DNA of 64,000 bases from Alphaproteobacteria bacterium. GTDB lineage: Bacteria; Pseudomonadota; Alphaproteobacteria; UBA828. The stretch is from contig CBDCCI010000002.1 in the NCBI GenBank assembly GCA_965214705.1, positions 2,912,001-2,976,000 of the forward strand, in the 5' to 3' direction. Numbering within the stretch: position 1 is the first letter of the stretch; every line of letters starts with the position of its first letter. Made by a program: the position numbers and the translations under genes. Of this stretch, positions 22,020 to 32,515 are shown piece by piece. The notes beneath the pieces are model-generated. The model had not been told where the DNA came from, searched no databases, and saw only the letters and a list, made by a program, of their open reading frames with translations.

Positions 22020-22352
22020 GTGACGGATTGGACGGCCGCTCGCGAGCGACTGGAGCGCCGGCGCTCAGAACCGCGCGAATCGCTCGCGCACTATCAGCGC
22101 GATCTGCGGACCACCCACAACGCCGACTGGGAGGAGCGGGCGGTGGAAGCCCAGGGCGATGAGGTCCTCGAAGGTTTGGAAACGTCCGCGCTGCACGAGA
22201 TCGAACAGATCGATGCCGCCATCAAGAGAATCGAGCTCGTGACTTGCGGCGAACGCCGGGTCTACGGCGAGCCCATCGGCAGGCGGCGGCTCGACGCTCT
22301 GCCTTATGCCGTGAGCTGCGTCCGCTGTGCCGGCTCCGCCACCGGCGGTTGA
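22020..22352 (+). CDS. TraR/DksA family protein with the first CxxC lost (possibly decaying)
   Basis: Paralog of 41468-41806; VTCGERRVYGEPIGRRRLDALPYAVSCVRC. Confidence 0.75.
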   Translation: MTDWTAARERLERRRSEPRESLAHYQRDLRTTHNADWEERAVEAQGDEVLEGLETSALHEIEQIDAAIKRIELVTCGERRVYGEPIGRRRLDALPYAVSCVRCAGSATGG

Positions 22353-22462
22353 GCACGAAGCTCGACGGCGCACGTCTTCGATCCGGGCGAATCACCACAA
22401 GGCGGTGAGCGGCTGGCGAGGGCGTCGTTTGTGGCTGGGCAACGAATGGCAGACTGCCGCTC

Positions 22463-22476
22463 TTGATCGAAGTCAA
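22463..22476. promoter_or_regulatory. FNR/FixK box upstream of ccoN
   Basis: TTGAT-CGAA-GTCAA, one mismatch from TTGAT-N4-ATCAA. Confidence 0.75.
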
Positions 22477-22666
22477 CCATCCGAAAGTTCGATCGGGTAA
22501 GAACTTGCGCTATGACCGATAGGCCGCCGTGCCCAGGCTTGTCGTGCGGACGGCACGCGGGTCAATTCCCGATGGAGCCGGGATCGCGCTTTGGCTAGCA
22601 TTGACGGGCGTCGGATCGAGACCGCCCGGTCACCGGGATCGGCCCGGCGGCCCTACAGGGGGTAGC

Positions 22667-24133
22667 GTGGCGGACGCGGACACCGTTGCGGGAGAGCGAT
22701 ACAACGAGACGGTGGTGCGGTGCTGCACCGTCGCCACCGTGTTCTGGGGCGTGGTCGGCTTCCTGGTCGGTCTCTATCTTGCGCTTGAGCTCGCCTTCCC
22801 CGTCCTCAATTTCGACCTGCCGTGGCTGAGCTTCGGGCGCCTGCGCCCGGTGCACACCTCGGCGGTGATCTTCGCCTTCGGCGGCAACGCGCTGCTCGCG
22901 ACTTCCTTCTACGTGGTGCAGCGGACCTGCAGGGCGCGGCTTTGGGGCGGGCCGCTCGCGATGTTCGTCTTCGTCGGCTACCAGATCTTCATTTGCCTCG
23001 CCGCAAGCGGCTACTTGCTTGGCTACACGCAGAGCAAGGAATACGCCGAGCCCGAGTGGTACACGGACGCCTGGCTCACGCTGGTCTGGGTGGTCTACCT
23101 CGCGGTCTTCCTGGGCACGCTGATCAAGCGCAAGGAGCCGCACATCTACGTCGCGAACTGGTTCTTCCTCGCCTTCATCGTGACCGTCGCGATGCTGCAC
23201 ATCGTGAACGGGCTGAGCTGGCCGGTCTCCTTCCTCGGCACCAAGAGCTACTCGATGTTCGCGGGCGTGCAGGACGCGCTGACCCAGTGGTGGTACGGCC
23301 ACAATGCCGTGGGCTTCTTCCTGACCGCGGGCTTCCTCGGCATGATGTACTACTTCGTGCCCAAGCGCGCCGAGCGGCCTGTCTATTCCTACCGGCTCTC
23401 CATCGTCCACTTCTGGTCGCTGATCTTCCTCTACATCTGGGCGGGGCCCCACCACCTGCACTACACGGCGCTGCCGGATTGGGCGCAGACGCTGGGCATG
23501 ACCTTCTCGGTCATGCTGTGGATGCCGTCCTGGGGCGGAATGATCAACGGCATCATGACCCTCTCCGGCGCGTGGCATAAGCTCCGCACCAACCCGGTGC
23601 TGCGCATGATGGTCACGGCGGTCGCCTTCTACGGCATGAGCACCTTCGAGGGGCCGCTCATGTCCATCAAGGCGGTCAACGCGCTCAGCCACTACACCGA
23701 CTGGACCATCGGCCACGTGCATTCCGGCGCGCTCGGCTGGGTCGCCTTCATCACCTTCGGCGCGGTCTACATGCTGGTGCCGGCGCTCTGGAATCGCCCG
23801 CGCCTCTACTCGATGAAGCTCGTCAGCGTGCATTTCTGGATCGCCACCATCGGGATCGTCTTCTACATCTCCGCGATGTGGGTCTCCGGCATCATGCAGG
23901 GGCTGATGTGGCGCGCCTACGACAGCCTGGGCTTCCTGCAGTACTCCTTCGCCGAGACCGTCGACGCGATGCACCCCTTCTACGTAATCCGCGCGCTGGG
24001 CGGGCTCCTCTTCGTGATCGGCGCGCTGGTCATGGTCTACAACCTGTGGCGGACGATGCGGGGCGACATCCGCGCGTCCGAGCCCCTCGAAGAGCCGCGT
24101 CCCGCCCCGGTCGCCGCCGGCGCGCCGGCGTGA
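22667..24133 (+). CDS. ccoN: cbb3-type cytochrome c oxidase subunit I
   Basis: [39 protein letters not shown]; start re-assigned to GTG 22667. Confidence 0.97.
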   Translation: MADADTVAGERYNETVVRCCTVATVFWGVVGFLVGLYLALELAFPVLNFDLPWLSFGRLRPVHTSAVIFAFGGNALLATSFYVVQRTCRARLWGGPLAMFVFVGYQIFICLAASGYLLGYTQSKEYAEPEWYTDAWLTLVWVVYLAVFLGTLIKRKEPHIYVANWFFLAFIVTVAMLHIVNGLSWPVSFLGTKSYSMFAGVQDALTQWWYGHNAVGFFLTAGFLGMMYYFVPKRAERPVYSYRLSIVHFWSLIFLYIWAGPHHLHYTALPDWAQTLGMTFSVMLWMPSWGGMINGIMTLSGAWHKLRTNPVLRMMVTAVAFYGMSTFEGPLMSIKAVNALSHYTDWTIGHVHSGALGWVAFITFGAVYMLVPALWNRPRLYSMKLVSVHFWIATIGIVFYISAMWVSGIMQGLMWRAYDSLGFLQYSFAETVDAMHPFYVIRALGGLLFVIGALVMVYNLWRTMRGDIRASEPLEEPRPAPVAAGAPA

Positions 24134-24143
24134 GGGGGCTGCG

Positions 24144-24890
24144 ATGAGCCTGCACCGGGTCATCGAGCGTCACTCCTTCCTCATGCTCGTGCTGATCCTC
24201 GTCACGGTCGCCATCGGCGGCATCGTCGAGATCGTGCCGCTGTTCACGCTGGAGAGCACGGTGCCGAAGGTGAAGGGGGTGCGCCCCTATTCGCCGCTGG
24301 AGCTCGCGGGCCGCAACATCTACGTGCGCGAGGGCTGCTACGTCTGCCACAGCCAGATGGTGCGGCCCTTCCGCGACGAGGTGGAGCGCTACGGCCACTA
24401 CTCGCTCGCGGCGGAGAGCATGTACGACCACCCCTTCCAGTGGGGATCGAAGCGCACGGGCCCCGATCTCGCGCGCGTCGGCGGGCGCTACTCCAACGAC
24501 TGGCACGTCGCGCATTTTCTGGATCCGCGCGCCGTCGTGCCGGAATCGGTCATGCCGGGCTACGGCTATCTCGCCGAGTGGGAGCTCGGCTACGACGACA
24601 TCGCGGCGCATCTGGAGACCAACCGCCATGTTGGCGTGCCCTACACCGACGAGATGATCGCGAACGCGGCGGACGACCTCGCCGTCCAGGCCGATCCCGA
24701 CGGCGACCACGACGAGCTTCTCGAACGCTACCCGAAGGCGGTGGTGGGCGATTTCGACGGCGACCCCGACGTCCTGAGCGAGATGGACGCGATCATCGCC
24801 TACCTGCAGATGCTCGGCACGCTGGTCGACTTCACCAGCTACCGCCCCGAGTACCTCGATGCCGCGGCCGGGCAGGAGATGGGCGAATGA
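24144..24890 (+). CDS. ccoO: cbb3 oxidase subunit II
   Basis: [28 protein letters not shown]. Confidence 0.97.
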   Translation: MSLHRVIERHSFLMLVLILVTVAIGGIVEIVPLFTLESTVPKVKGVRPYSPLELAGRNIYVREGCYVCHSQMVRPFRDEVERYGHYSLAAESMYDHPFQWGSKRTGPDLARVGGRYSNDWHVAHFLDPRAVVPESVMPGYGYLAEWELGYDDIAAHLETNRHVGVPYTDEMIANAADDLAVQADPDGDHDELLERYPKAVVGDFDGDPDVLSEMDAIIAYLQMLGTLVDFTSYRPEYLDAAAGQEMGE

Positions 24891-25039
24891 TCGAGGCGCT
24901 GCAGGCCTGGTGGTCGGTCGTCCTGCTGGTGGTCTTTCTCGCCATCATCGGCTGGGTCTTCTGGCCGCGGCACAAGAAGCGGCTGGAGAACCACGGCACG
25001 ATCCCGCTGCGCGACGGCGCACCGCCGGAGGAGCGCTGA
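24887..25039 (+). CDS. ccoQ: cbb3 oxidase subunit IV
   Basis: 50-aa single-TM ORF overlapping the ccoO stop (ATGA), ending IPLRD. Confidence 0.88.
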   Translation: MIEALQAWWSVVLLVVFLAIIGWVFWPRHKKRLENHGTIPLRDGAPPEER

Positions 25040-25042
25040 GCC

Positions 25043-25927
25043 GTGGCGGACGAGCGCGAGAGGGACGAGGTCACGGGGGTCGAGGTCACGGGGGTCGAGA
25101 CCACCGGCCACGAGTGGGACGGGATCAAGGAGCTCAACAACCCGCTGCCGCGCTGGTGGCTCTACATCCTCTACGCGACCATCGTGTTTGCGCTCATCTG
25201 GTGGGTGCTGTTCCCGGCATGGCCCACGGTCGAGACATATTCCAAGGGCGTGCTCGGCTGGTCGCGCCACCAGCAGTTCGACGAGGAAGTGGCCGCGGCC
25301 CGCGCCAGGCAGGCGACCTACCTGAACCGCATCGCCGAGCTGGAGGTCGGCGAGATCGCGGAGACGCCGGAGCTCAGGGCGTTCGCGATGGCGGGCGGGC
25401 GCTCGGCCTTCGCCGTCAATTGCTCGCAGTGTCACGGCAGCGGCGCCGCCGGCGCACCCGGATACCCCAACCTTAACGACGACGACTGGCTCTGGGGCGG
25501 CGACCTGGAGGCGATCGAGGAGACCATCCGCTACGGCATCCGCTCGGACCATGACGACGCCCGCTTCAACGACATGCCGGCCTTCCTCGTGGACGAGTGG
25601 CTGAGCGAGGAGCAGATCGACGACGTCGCCGAGTACGTCCTCGCCTACACGGAGCGCTCGGGCGATGCCGAGGCGGCCGCGCGCGGTGCGCCGATCTTCG
25701 AGGAGGAATGCTCCCTCTGCCACGGTGAGGAGGGCGGCGGCGATTACGACATGGGCGGGCCCAGGCTGAACGACCACATCTGGCTCTACGGCGGCGAGAA
25801 GGAGGACATCGTCCGCATGGTCTCGTACTCGCGGGGCGGCGTGATGCCGGCCTGGGAGGGGCGCCTCGACGATACCGTGATCAAGCAGCTCGCCGTCTTC
25901 GTGCACGGCCTCGGCGGCGGGGAGTGA
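25043..25927 (+). CDS. ccoP: cbb3 oxidase subunit III
   Basis: TTGHEWDGIKELNNPLPRWW; two CxxCH motifs; 15-bp tandem duplication at 25066-25095 (EVTGV x2). Confidence 0.97.
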   Translation: MADERERDEVTGVEVTGVETTGHEWDGIKELNNPLPRWWLYILYATIVFALIWWVLFPAWPTVETYSKGVLGWSRHQQFDEEVAAARARQATYLNRIAELEVGEIAETPELRAFAMAGGRSAFAVNCSQCHGSGAAGAPGYPNLNDDDWLWGGDLEAIEETIRYGIRSDHDDARFNDMPAFLVDEWLSEEQIDDVAEYVLAYTERSGDAEAAARGAPIFEEECSLCHGEEGGGDYDMGGPRLNDHIWLYGGEKEDIVRMVSYSRGGVMPAWEGRLDDTVIKQLAVFVHGLGGGE

Positions 25928-25944
25928 GGCCCGGCGGAGCCGCC

Positions 25945-27426
25945 ATGGCTTCCAGCAACCAGGCGCAGACGAGCGCCGTCCCCGTCGAGGATGTGGCAGC
26001 CGTCAATGCGCGAAAGAACCGTCCGCTCTACACGAAGAGGGAGCGGATCTATCCGCGCATCCCGCGCGGGCGCTACCGCACCGTCAAGTGGATCGCCATG
26101 GGGGTCACGCTCGCGATCTACTACCTCCTGCCGTGGGCCCGCTGGGAGCGTAGCGCTGGCGCGCCGGACCAGGCGGTGCTGGTCGATATCCCGGCGCGGA
26201 AGTTCTACTTCTTCGCGATCGAGATTTGGCCGCAGGAGATCTACTACTGGGCCGGCCTGCTGATCCTGGCCGCGCTCGGGCTCTTTCTCGTCTCGAGCCT
26301 GCTGGGGCGCGTCTGGTGCGGCTATGCCTGCCCGCAGACCGTGTGGACCGACCTCTTTATTCATGTCGAGCGCTGGATCGAAGGCGACCGCAACGCGCGG
26401 ATGCGCCTCGACAGGGCGCCGTGGCGGGCAGCGAAGATCGTCCGCAAGGCGGCGAAGCACCTCGTCTGGATCGCCATCGGCGTCGCCACCGGGGGCGCCT
26501 GGGTCTTCTACTTCGCCGATGCGCCGACGCTCTTCTCTGAGCTCGTCCGCTTCGAGGCGGCGATCTCGGCCTACGCCACCATGGCCTTCCTCACCGCCAC
26601 GACCTACCTCTTCGCGGGCCACGCGCGGGAGCAGATCTGCACGTATGTCTGCCCCTACGCGCGCTTCCAGGCGGCCATGTTCGACGAGAACACCATGATG
26701 GTGAGCTACGATGCAGCCCGCGGCGAGCCACGCGGCAAGCACAAGGCGGGCCAGTCGTGGGAGGGCCGGGGCGACTGTGTCGACTGCAAGCTCTGCGTCG
26801 CCGTGTGCCCTGCCGGCATCGACATCCGGGACGGCCAGCAGATGGAGTGCATCAACTGCGCGCTCTGCATCGATGCGTGCAACGGCGTGATGCCCAAAGT
26901 AGGGCGGCCGCGGGGGCTGATCCGCTACGACACCCTGAGCAACCTGGAGGCGCGGGCTGCGGGCGAGTCCGCACGGGTGCGCCTCTTCCGGCCGCGCACG
27001 ATCGTCTACATGGTGCTGCTCGCCGCCGCCGCGGTCTTGATGATGGGCACGCTCTTCACCCGCGCCGACCTCGACGTGGCGGTACAGCGAGACCGCAATC
27101 CGCTCTTCGTGCAGCTCTCGGACGGCAGCATCCGGAACGGCTACACGCTGAAGGTGGCCAACAAGTCGCATGACACGCGCGCCCTTGTCCTCACGGCCTC
27201 CGGGATTACGGGTGCCCTCATCGACATGCCCGTCCAGGACGTGCAGGCTGCGACGGAGGTGCTGCTGGTCGTCGAGCCGGACGCGCTCGGCACGTTCCGT
27301 GTCTTCATTCGCGCGCAGCGGGCGGCGCTGGCGGGCAGCTCCACCGATCTCGAGTTCTCGGTCGTGGAGGAGAATGGGGGAGCGGCGGCGCGCTACGACA
27401 CGGTGTTCAGGGGGCCGGAGCCATGA
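25945..27426 (+). CDS. ccoG: cbb3 accessory ferredoxin-like protein CcoG/FixG
   Basis: GRVWCGYACPQTVWTD, CVDCKLCVAVCP, ECINCALCIDAC. Confidence 0.96.
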   Translation: MASSNQAQTSAVPVEDVAAVNARKNRPLYTKRERIYPRIPRGRYRTVKWIAMGVTLAIYYLLPWARWERSAGAPDQAVLVDIPARKFYFFAIEIWPQEIYYWAGLLILAALGLFLVSSLLGRVWCGYACPQTVWTDLFIHVERWIEGDRNARMRLDRAPWRAAKIVRKAAKHLVWIAIGVATGGAWVFYFADAPTLFSELVRFEAAISAYATMAFLTATTYLFAGHAREQICTYVCPYARFQAAMFDENTMMVSYDAARGEPRGKHKAGQSWEGRGDCVDCKLCVAVCPAGIDIRDGQQMECINCALCIDACNGVMPKVGRPRGLIRYDTLSNLEARAAGESARVRLFRPRTIVYMVLLAAAAVLMMGTLFTRADLDVAVQRDRNPLFVQLSDGSIRNGYTLKVANKSHDTRALVLTASGITGALIDMPVQDVQAATEVLLVVEPDALGTFRVFIRAQRAALAGSSTDLEFSVVEENGGAAARYDTVFRGPEP

Positions 27427-27917
27427 CCGTGCAGGACCGGGCGGAGCCCCCCAAGAGCTGGTGGCAGTCGGGACGCTGGATCCCGTGGATCTTCGTCGGT
27501 GGATTCGGCGTGGTGATAGGCGCCAACGTCGCGCTGATCCTCTTTTCACTGGGAAGTTGGACCGGGCTCGAGACCACGGACGCATACCGCAAGGGGCTGG
27601 CCTACAACGACGTGCTCGCTGCGGCGGAGGCGCAGGCCGCGCGCGGCTGGGAGCACGCGATCGACTACGCGGACGAGCGGCTGGACGTCCGTCTGAGCGA
27701 CACGGACGGGCGTGGGCTGGAGGGGCTTATCGTGACGGCGACCTTCGTGCGGCCCACCCATGAGGGCGGCGATGTCCAAGTCCTGCTGGCAGCCGAGGGT
27801 GCCGGGAGCTATGGCGCCCCGGTCGCACTGCCCTATGCCGGCAACTGGGATTTGCGCCTGAGGGCCGAGGGCATCGGCGAGCCCTGGTTCGCCAGCCAGC
27901 GGCTGTGGGTTCGCTGA
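27423..27917 (+). CDS. ccoH: FixH/CcoH
   Basis: GGFGVVIGANV, AYRKGLAYN, RPT; position in the operon. Confidence 0.9.
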   Translation: MTVQDRAEPPKSWWQSGRWIPWIFVGGFGVVIGANVALILFSLGSWTGLETTDAYRKGLAYNDVLAAAEAQAARGWEHAIDYADERLDVRLSDTDGRGLEGLIVTATFVRPTHEGGDVQVLLAAEGAGSYGAPVALPYAGNWDLRLRAEGIGEPWFASQRLWVR

Positions 27918-30106
27918 TGGCCTTCGCGGAGCCCCAAACTGCCGCGGGCGGTGCGTTCGCTCCCTACATCGAGACGCGGGACGGCCGCCACACGCTGCGC
28001 TTCCTGGTGGACGGCATCCACTGCGGCCAGTGCGTCTGGAAGATCGAACAGGCGCTCGTTCGCGAGCCGGGCGTGACCGCCGCACGGGTCAACCTCTCGA
28101 CCAGGCGGCTTGCGCTCACCTGGCGGGGTGCTGCGAGCGACGCGTCGCGCCTCGTCGATGCGGTGGAGCGGCTCGGCTATCGCCTCGTCGCCTACGACCC
28201 CGCTGCGCTCGACACCGGCGCGCGGCAAGAGGAGCGCGCCCTGCTGCGCGCCGTCGCCGTCGCCGGCTTCGCCACGGCCAACGTGATGCTGCTCTCAATC
28301 GCGGTCTGGGCCGGGGCGGTGCAGGACATGGGTCCGGCGACGCGGGATCTGATGCACTGGGTCTCCGCTCTCATCGCGCTGCCGGCGGTGGCCTATGCCG
28401 GGCGGCCCTTCTTCCGCGCGGCGCTCGCCGCCGTCTCCCACCGGCAGCTCACGATGGAGGTGCCGATCTCGCTCGCGGTGATCGCGGCGGCCGCCATGAG
28501 CCTGTTCGAGACCGCGTCGGGCGGCACGCACGTCTACTTCGATTCCGCTTGCGCGCTGCTCTTCTTCCTGCTCATCGGGCGTTATCTCGACCGCCGCGCG
28601 GTCGGCCGCGCGCGCTCGGCGGCGGAGCAGCTTCTGGGGCTCCGGGCACACGCCGTCACGGTGATCGACGCCGACGGGCGCGAGCGTCGGGTTGCGCCGG
28701 AACAGGTCCGCCCCGGCATGCAGGTCCTGGTCGCAGCAGGCGAGCGGATCGGGGTGGACGGCACGGTGGACGGCGCGGCCGGCACGGTCGACACCAGCCT
28801 CATCACCGGCGAGGCCGCGCCCGCGACGCTCGCGCATGGCGCCGCCGCTTACGCCGGCATGGTCAATCTCGCCGGCCCGCTCCGGCTCTCGGTGACGGCG
28901 GTGGGCAACGAGACGCTGCTGGCGGAGATCGTGCGCCTGACCGAGGCGGCGGAGGCCGAGCGCACCCGCTACCAGGCCCTCGCCGATCGATTGGCGAGCC
29001 TCTACGCACCCATCGTGCACGGGCTCAGCGTGGCGAGCTTCCTCGGCTGGTATCTGATCGGCGGGGCGGATTGGCAAGAAGCGCTGCTCATCGCCATCGC
29101 GGTGCTCATCGTCACCTGCCCCTGCGCCTTCGGGCTGGCCGTGCCCATGGTTCAGGCCGTGACCAGCGGTCGCCTGATGCGGCGGGGCATCATCGTGAAG
29201 TCCGGCACCGCGCTGGAGCGGCTGGCCCGCATCGACCAGGTGGTCCTCGACAAGACCGGCACGCTCACCTGCGGCACGCCGGTGCCCGATCTGGTCGGCA
29301 TTGCGCCCGCCGACCTCGAGATCGCGGCCTCGCTCGCCGCGGCGAGCCGCCATCCCCTGGCGCAGGCGCTCGCCCGCGCCTACGGCGCCGCGCGCCCGGC
29401 GGAGGACGTGACGGAAACGCCGGGTTACGGGCTGGAGGGCACGGTCGCTGGCACCCGCGCGCGCCTCGGCAGCCGGGCCTGGTGCGGCGTGGCGGAGGAC
29501 GACGAGGCCGCCGGGCCCGAGCTCTGGCTCGTGCGCGAGAGCCGAACGCCGGTGCACATCCCGTTCTCCGACACCCTGCGGCCCGACGCCGCTTCGGTGG
29601 TCGAGCGGATGCAGTCGCTGGGCCTGCCGGTCACGCTTCTGTCCGGCGACCGGCAGGCGACGGTCGAGAGGGTGGCCGCAACGCTCGGCCTCGATCGCTG
29701 GCGGGCCGCGTGCAAGCCCGGCGACAAGGCGGAGGCGCTCGCCCGACTCTCGCGCGAAGGCCATCGCCCCCTCATGGTCGGCGACGGGATCAATGACGCG
29801 CCGGCGCTGGCCGCGGCCTTCGTCTCGATGTCGCCGGCGAGCGCCGCGGACGTTAGCCAGGCAGCCGCCGATCTGGTGTTCCAGGGCGAGAGGCTCGCGC
29901 CCGTGGCCGAGACCATGGCGCTTGCCCGGCGCGCGGCCAGGGTGGTGTTTCAGAACTTCGCGCTCGCCTTCTCGTACAACGTCATCACCATTCCGCTGGC
30001 AATGGCGGGGCTGGTGTCGCCGCTGGTCGCGGCGATCGCGATGTCCGCGTCGTCGCTCGCGGTCGTGCTGAACGCCTTGCGCCTCGGACGGGAGGGCAGC
30101 GCATGA
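27917..30106 (+). CDS. ccoI: Cu-transporting P1B ATPase CcoI/FixI
   Basis: GIHCGQC, TCPCA, DKTGTLT, SRHP, GDGINDAP. Confidence 0.95.
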   Translation: MAFAEPQTAAGGAFAPYIETRDGRHTLRFLVDGIHCGQCVWKIEQALVREPGVTAARVNLSTRRLALTWRGAASDASRLVDAVERLGYRLVAYDPAALDTGARQEERALLRAVAVAGFATANVMLLSIAVWAGAVQDMGPATRDLMHWVSALIALPAVAYAGRPFFRAALAAVSHRQLTMEVPISLAVIAAAAMSLFETASGGTHVYFDSACALLFFLLIGRYLDRRAVGRARSAAEQLLGLRAHAVTVIDADGRERRVAPEQVRPGMQVLVAAGERIGVDGTVDGAAGTVDTSLITGEAAPATLAHGAAAYAGMVNLAGPLRLSVTAVGNETLLAEIVRLTEAAEAERTRYQALADRLASLYAPIVHGLSVASFLGWYLIGGADWQEALLIAIAVLIVTCPCAFGLAVPMVQAVTSGRLMRRGIIVKSGTALERLARIDQVVLDKTGTLTCGTPVPDLVGIAPADLEIAASLAAASRHPLAQALARAYGAARPAEDVTETPGYGLEGTVAGTRARLGSRAWCGVAEDDEAAGPELWLVRESRTPVHIPFSDTLRPDAASVVERMQSLGLPVTLLSGDRQATVERVAATLGLDRWRAACKPGDKAEALARLSREGHRPLMVGDGINDAPALAAAFVSMSPASAADVSQAAADLVFQGERLAPVAETMALARRAARVVFQNFALAFSYNVITIPLAMAGLVSPLVAAIAMSASSLAVVLNALRLGREGSA

Positions 30107-30273
30107 GCATGCTCCTCTATCTCATTCCCGCCGCGGTGTTTCTCGGCCTCCTCGGCCTCGGCGCCTTTCTCTGGTCCGTGCGCTCGGGCCAGTACGACGA
30201 CCTCGACGGCGAGGCGCACCGCATCCTCTTCGACGACGAGACGCGCGACGAGCGCGAGGAAGATCAGCCATGA
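30103..30273 (+). CDS. ccoS: CcoS/FixS maturation protein
   Basis: Manual translation MSMLLYLIP...FLWSVRSGQYDDLDGEAHRILFDD; below the ORF-track size cutoff. Confidence 0.93.
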   Translation: MSMLLYLIPAAVFLGLLGLGAFLWSVRSGQYDDLDGEAHRILFDDETRDEREEDQP

Positions 30274-31043
30274 CGACGGATCAGACGGCCACCGGTTTCG
30301 GGCTTCCTTCCGAGAAGAAGATCGGCTTCGACCATCCGTGGGCCTGGCTCGCGGCCGGCTACCGCGACATGAAGAAGTCCCCTCACGTGAGCCTCAGCTA
30401 CGGCGCGCTCTTCGCCGCCATGGGGTGCCTGCTGACCTACGGCCTCTACGAGCTCGACGCGGTCTACGTCGCGCTGCCGCTGGCGGCGGGCTTCATGCTG
30501 ATGGGGCCGCTGCTCGCCGTCGGGCTCTACGAGGTGAGCCGCCGCCATGCTGCGGGCGAGAAGGTGACGCTGGGCGCGGCGCTTGGCGCCTGGCGGCGGG
30601 ATCCGGGCGGCGTGTTCGCGCTCGGCTTCGTGCTGATGCTGGTGTTCCTGCTCTGGATCCGCATCGCGACGCTGCTGTTTGCGCTCTTCTACGGAGTCGG
30701 CGAGTTCCACGCCGACGCGTTTGTCTCCGAGACCTTCTTCTCGTTCAAGACGATCTGGTTCCTGATCACGGGCATCGGCATCGGCGCCGTGTTCGCGACC
30801 ATCGTCTTTTCCATGAGCGCGATCGCCTTCCCCATGATCATCGACCGGAAGTCGGGCGCGACGGTCGCCATCCTCTGCAGCCTGCGCGCGGTCGCTCACA
30901 ACTGGCGCCCGCTGGTCCTCTGGGCCGGCCTGATCGTCGCCTTCTCGATCGCAGGCCTCGTGGTCGTCTATATCGGCCTGATCTTCACCCTGCCCCTGAT
31001 CGGCCACGCGAGCTATCACGCCTACCGCGACCTGGTCGAGTAG
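30270..31043 (+). CDS. DUF2189 family membrane protein
   Basis: PWAWLAAGYRD, GPLLAVGLYEVSRR, PLIGHASYHAYRDLV. Confidence 0.88.
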   Translation: MTTDQTATGFGLPSEKKIGFDHPWAWLAAGYRDMKKSPHVSLSYGALFAAMGCLLTYGLYELDAVYVALPLAAGFMLMGPLLAVGLYEVSRRHAAGEKVTLGAALGAWRRDPGGVFALGFVLMLVFLLWIRIATLLFALFYGVGEFHADAFVSETFFSFKTIWFLITGIGIGAVFATIVFSMSAIAFPMIIDRKSGATVAILCSLRAVAHNWRPLVLWAGLIVAFSIAGLVVVYIGLIFTLPLIGHASYHAYRDLVE

Positions 31044-31204
31044 CGGCGACAGTCAGACCGGGCACGGACCGGACACACACATCTGCAGATGGGCGCGTCG
31101 ATCCAGCCGATGAAGGCGCGCTGGACAGGTTCACCGTTCGTGTCTTGGGAGTCGCTATTGCGCAACCGACAACACCGCACATCGAAGGCGACCAGATCAG
31201 GGAC

Positions 31205-31570
31205 GAAGGCATGTCCCCCAAATCCGTTCGAGATCGACGCCTACCCGCCGTCACAAGTCGCGCGGCGTGTCGAATCCGCGGGCGTTGCCAGGACGCGTCT
31301 CTCGACGATGCAAGCGTTCGGTATCACCACTCCTGGCGGTGCGCTCATCGCCTTCGGCGGAACGACTTACACTGTCGGCGTGACCCGCTCGGAGCCCGTC
31401 TTCGCGGCGACCCGGCTTCTCCCCGGCATTGCCTTCTCACTCTGCCCGATGCTGACCGTCACCGGTGGAGCGGAACTCTTCACTGGAAACAATTTTATCA
31501 CCGTGGCCTGGGCTGACCGGAAGTGACGAAGCGTCACCTGCGCCGCAACTGGCTTCTGGTATATCTGGAC
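31205..31570 (+). pseudogene. Truncated, frameshifted formate/nitrite transporter
   Basis: Aligns to the N-terminus of 37597-38418 (FEIDAYPPSQVARRVE, GGAELFTGNN); 1-nt deletion near 31523, continues VTKRHLRRNWLLVY then ends. Confidence 0.85.
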
Positions 31571-31752
31571 CCAGGCAACATCGCCGACGCCCGAATAGCG
31601 TAGGGGAGGGGGCAGGACGCAGGAGAGCCCAAGGAACGGCGCTGCTGCTCTCCTGAGCGGTCGCCTCTCAACGGTGTCGTCGTGAGTTGACAGTGTTGGT
31701 CCGCACGCTCGGCCTTGCTGCGCGAGCGGCGCGAACTCGGGTAGCTTGAACG

Positions 31753-32466
31753 ATGGACCCGTTCGTCGAGATGCTGTTTTGGACCGCGCTCGCCGGGTCT
31801 TGCATACCGGTGGGCGCCTCCCTCGCGCGGATCGAGCGCATTCGCCCACTTTGGCTGGAGGAGGAGTTTCGCCACTTCGTGATCGCCTTCGGCGGCGGCG
31901 TGTTGCTCGGCGCCGTGGCCCTGGTACTGGTGCCGGAAGGAGTGGCGCACGTGTCCCAGCCGTGGGCGGTTGCCGGCCTGATGCTGGCGGGTGGTGTGAC
32001 CTTCATGGCGCTCGACCGCACCCAGGCCAGGTGGAAGCAGGAGACCCCTCAGTTCGTAGCCATGGCGGCCGACTTCCTGCCGGAGTCGCTTGCGCTCGGC
32101 GGCATGTTCGCGGTGGGCGCCGAGGGCGCAGTGCTTCTAGCGGTCCTCATCGGGCTGCAGAACCTGCCCGAGGGCTTCAATGCGTGGCGGGAACTCAGCG
32201 CCAGCTCGTTTAACCGGCGGATCGTACTCGGCTTGATGGTGCTGCTCGCCTGCTTCGGCCCCGTGTGCGGCCTGATTGGCTGGTTCTGGCTCGCCGATCA
32301 GGCCATTGCGCTCGGAGCAATCATGCTGTTCGCGGCCGGTGGCATCCTCTACCTCACCTTCCAGGACATCGCGCCGCAGGCGCGACTGGAGCGGCACTGG
32401 GCGCCGCCGCTCGGTGCCGTGCTGGGCTTTGTGCTCGCACTGCTCGCGGAGATAACGTTCCACTGA
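31753..32466 (+). CDS. ZIP-family divalent metal transporter
   Basis: AFGGGVLL, DFLPE, LQNLPEG, AAGGILY. Confidence 0.85.
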   Translation: MDPFVEMLFWTALAGSCIPVGASLARIERIRPLWLEEEFRHFVIAFGGGVLLGAVALVLVPEGVAHVSQPWAVAGLMLAGGVTFMALDRTQARWKQETPQFVAMAADFLPESLALGGMFAVGAEGAVLLAVLIGLQNLPEGFNAWRELSASSFNRRIVLGLMVLLACFGPVCGLIGWFWLADQAIALGAIMLFAAGGILYLTFQDIAPQARLERHWAPPLGAVLGFVLALLAEITFH

Positions 32467-32515
32467 GGTGGCCGGCTGCCGAATCCTTGGGGCGGAATGA
32501 CCGCGGCACGGCTTA

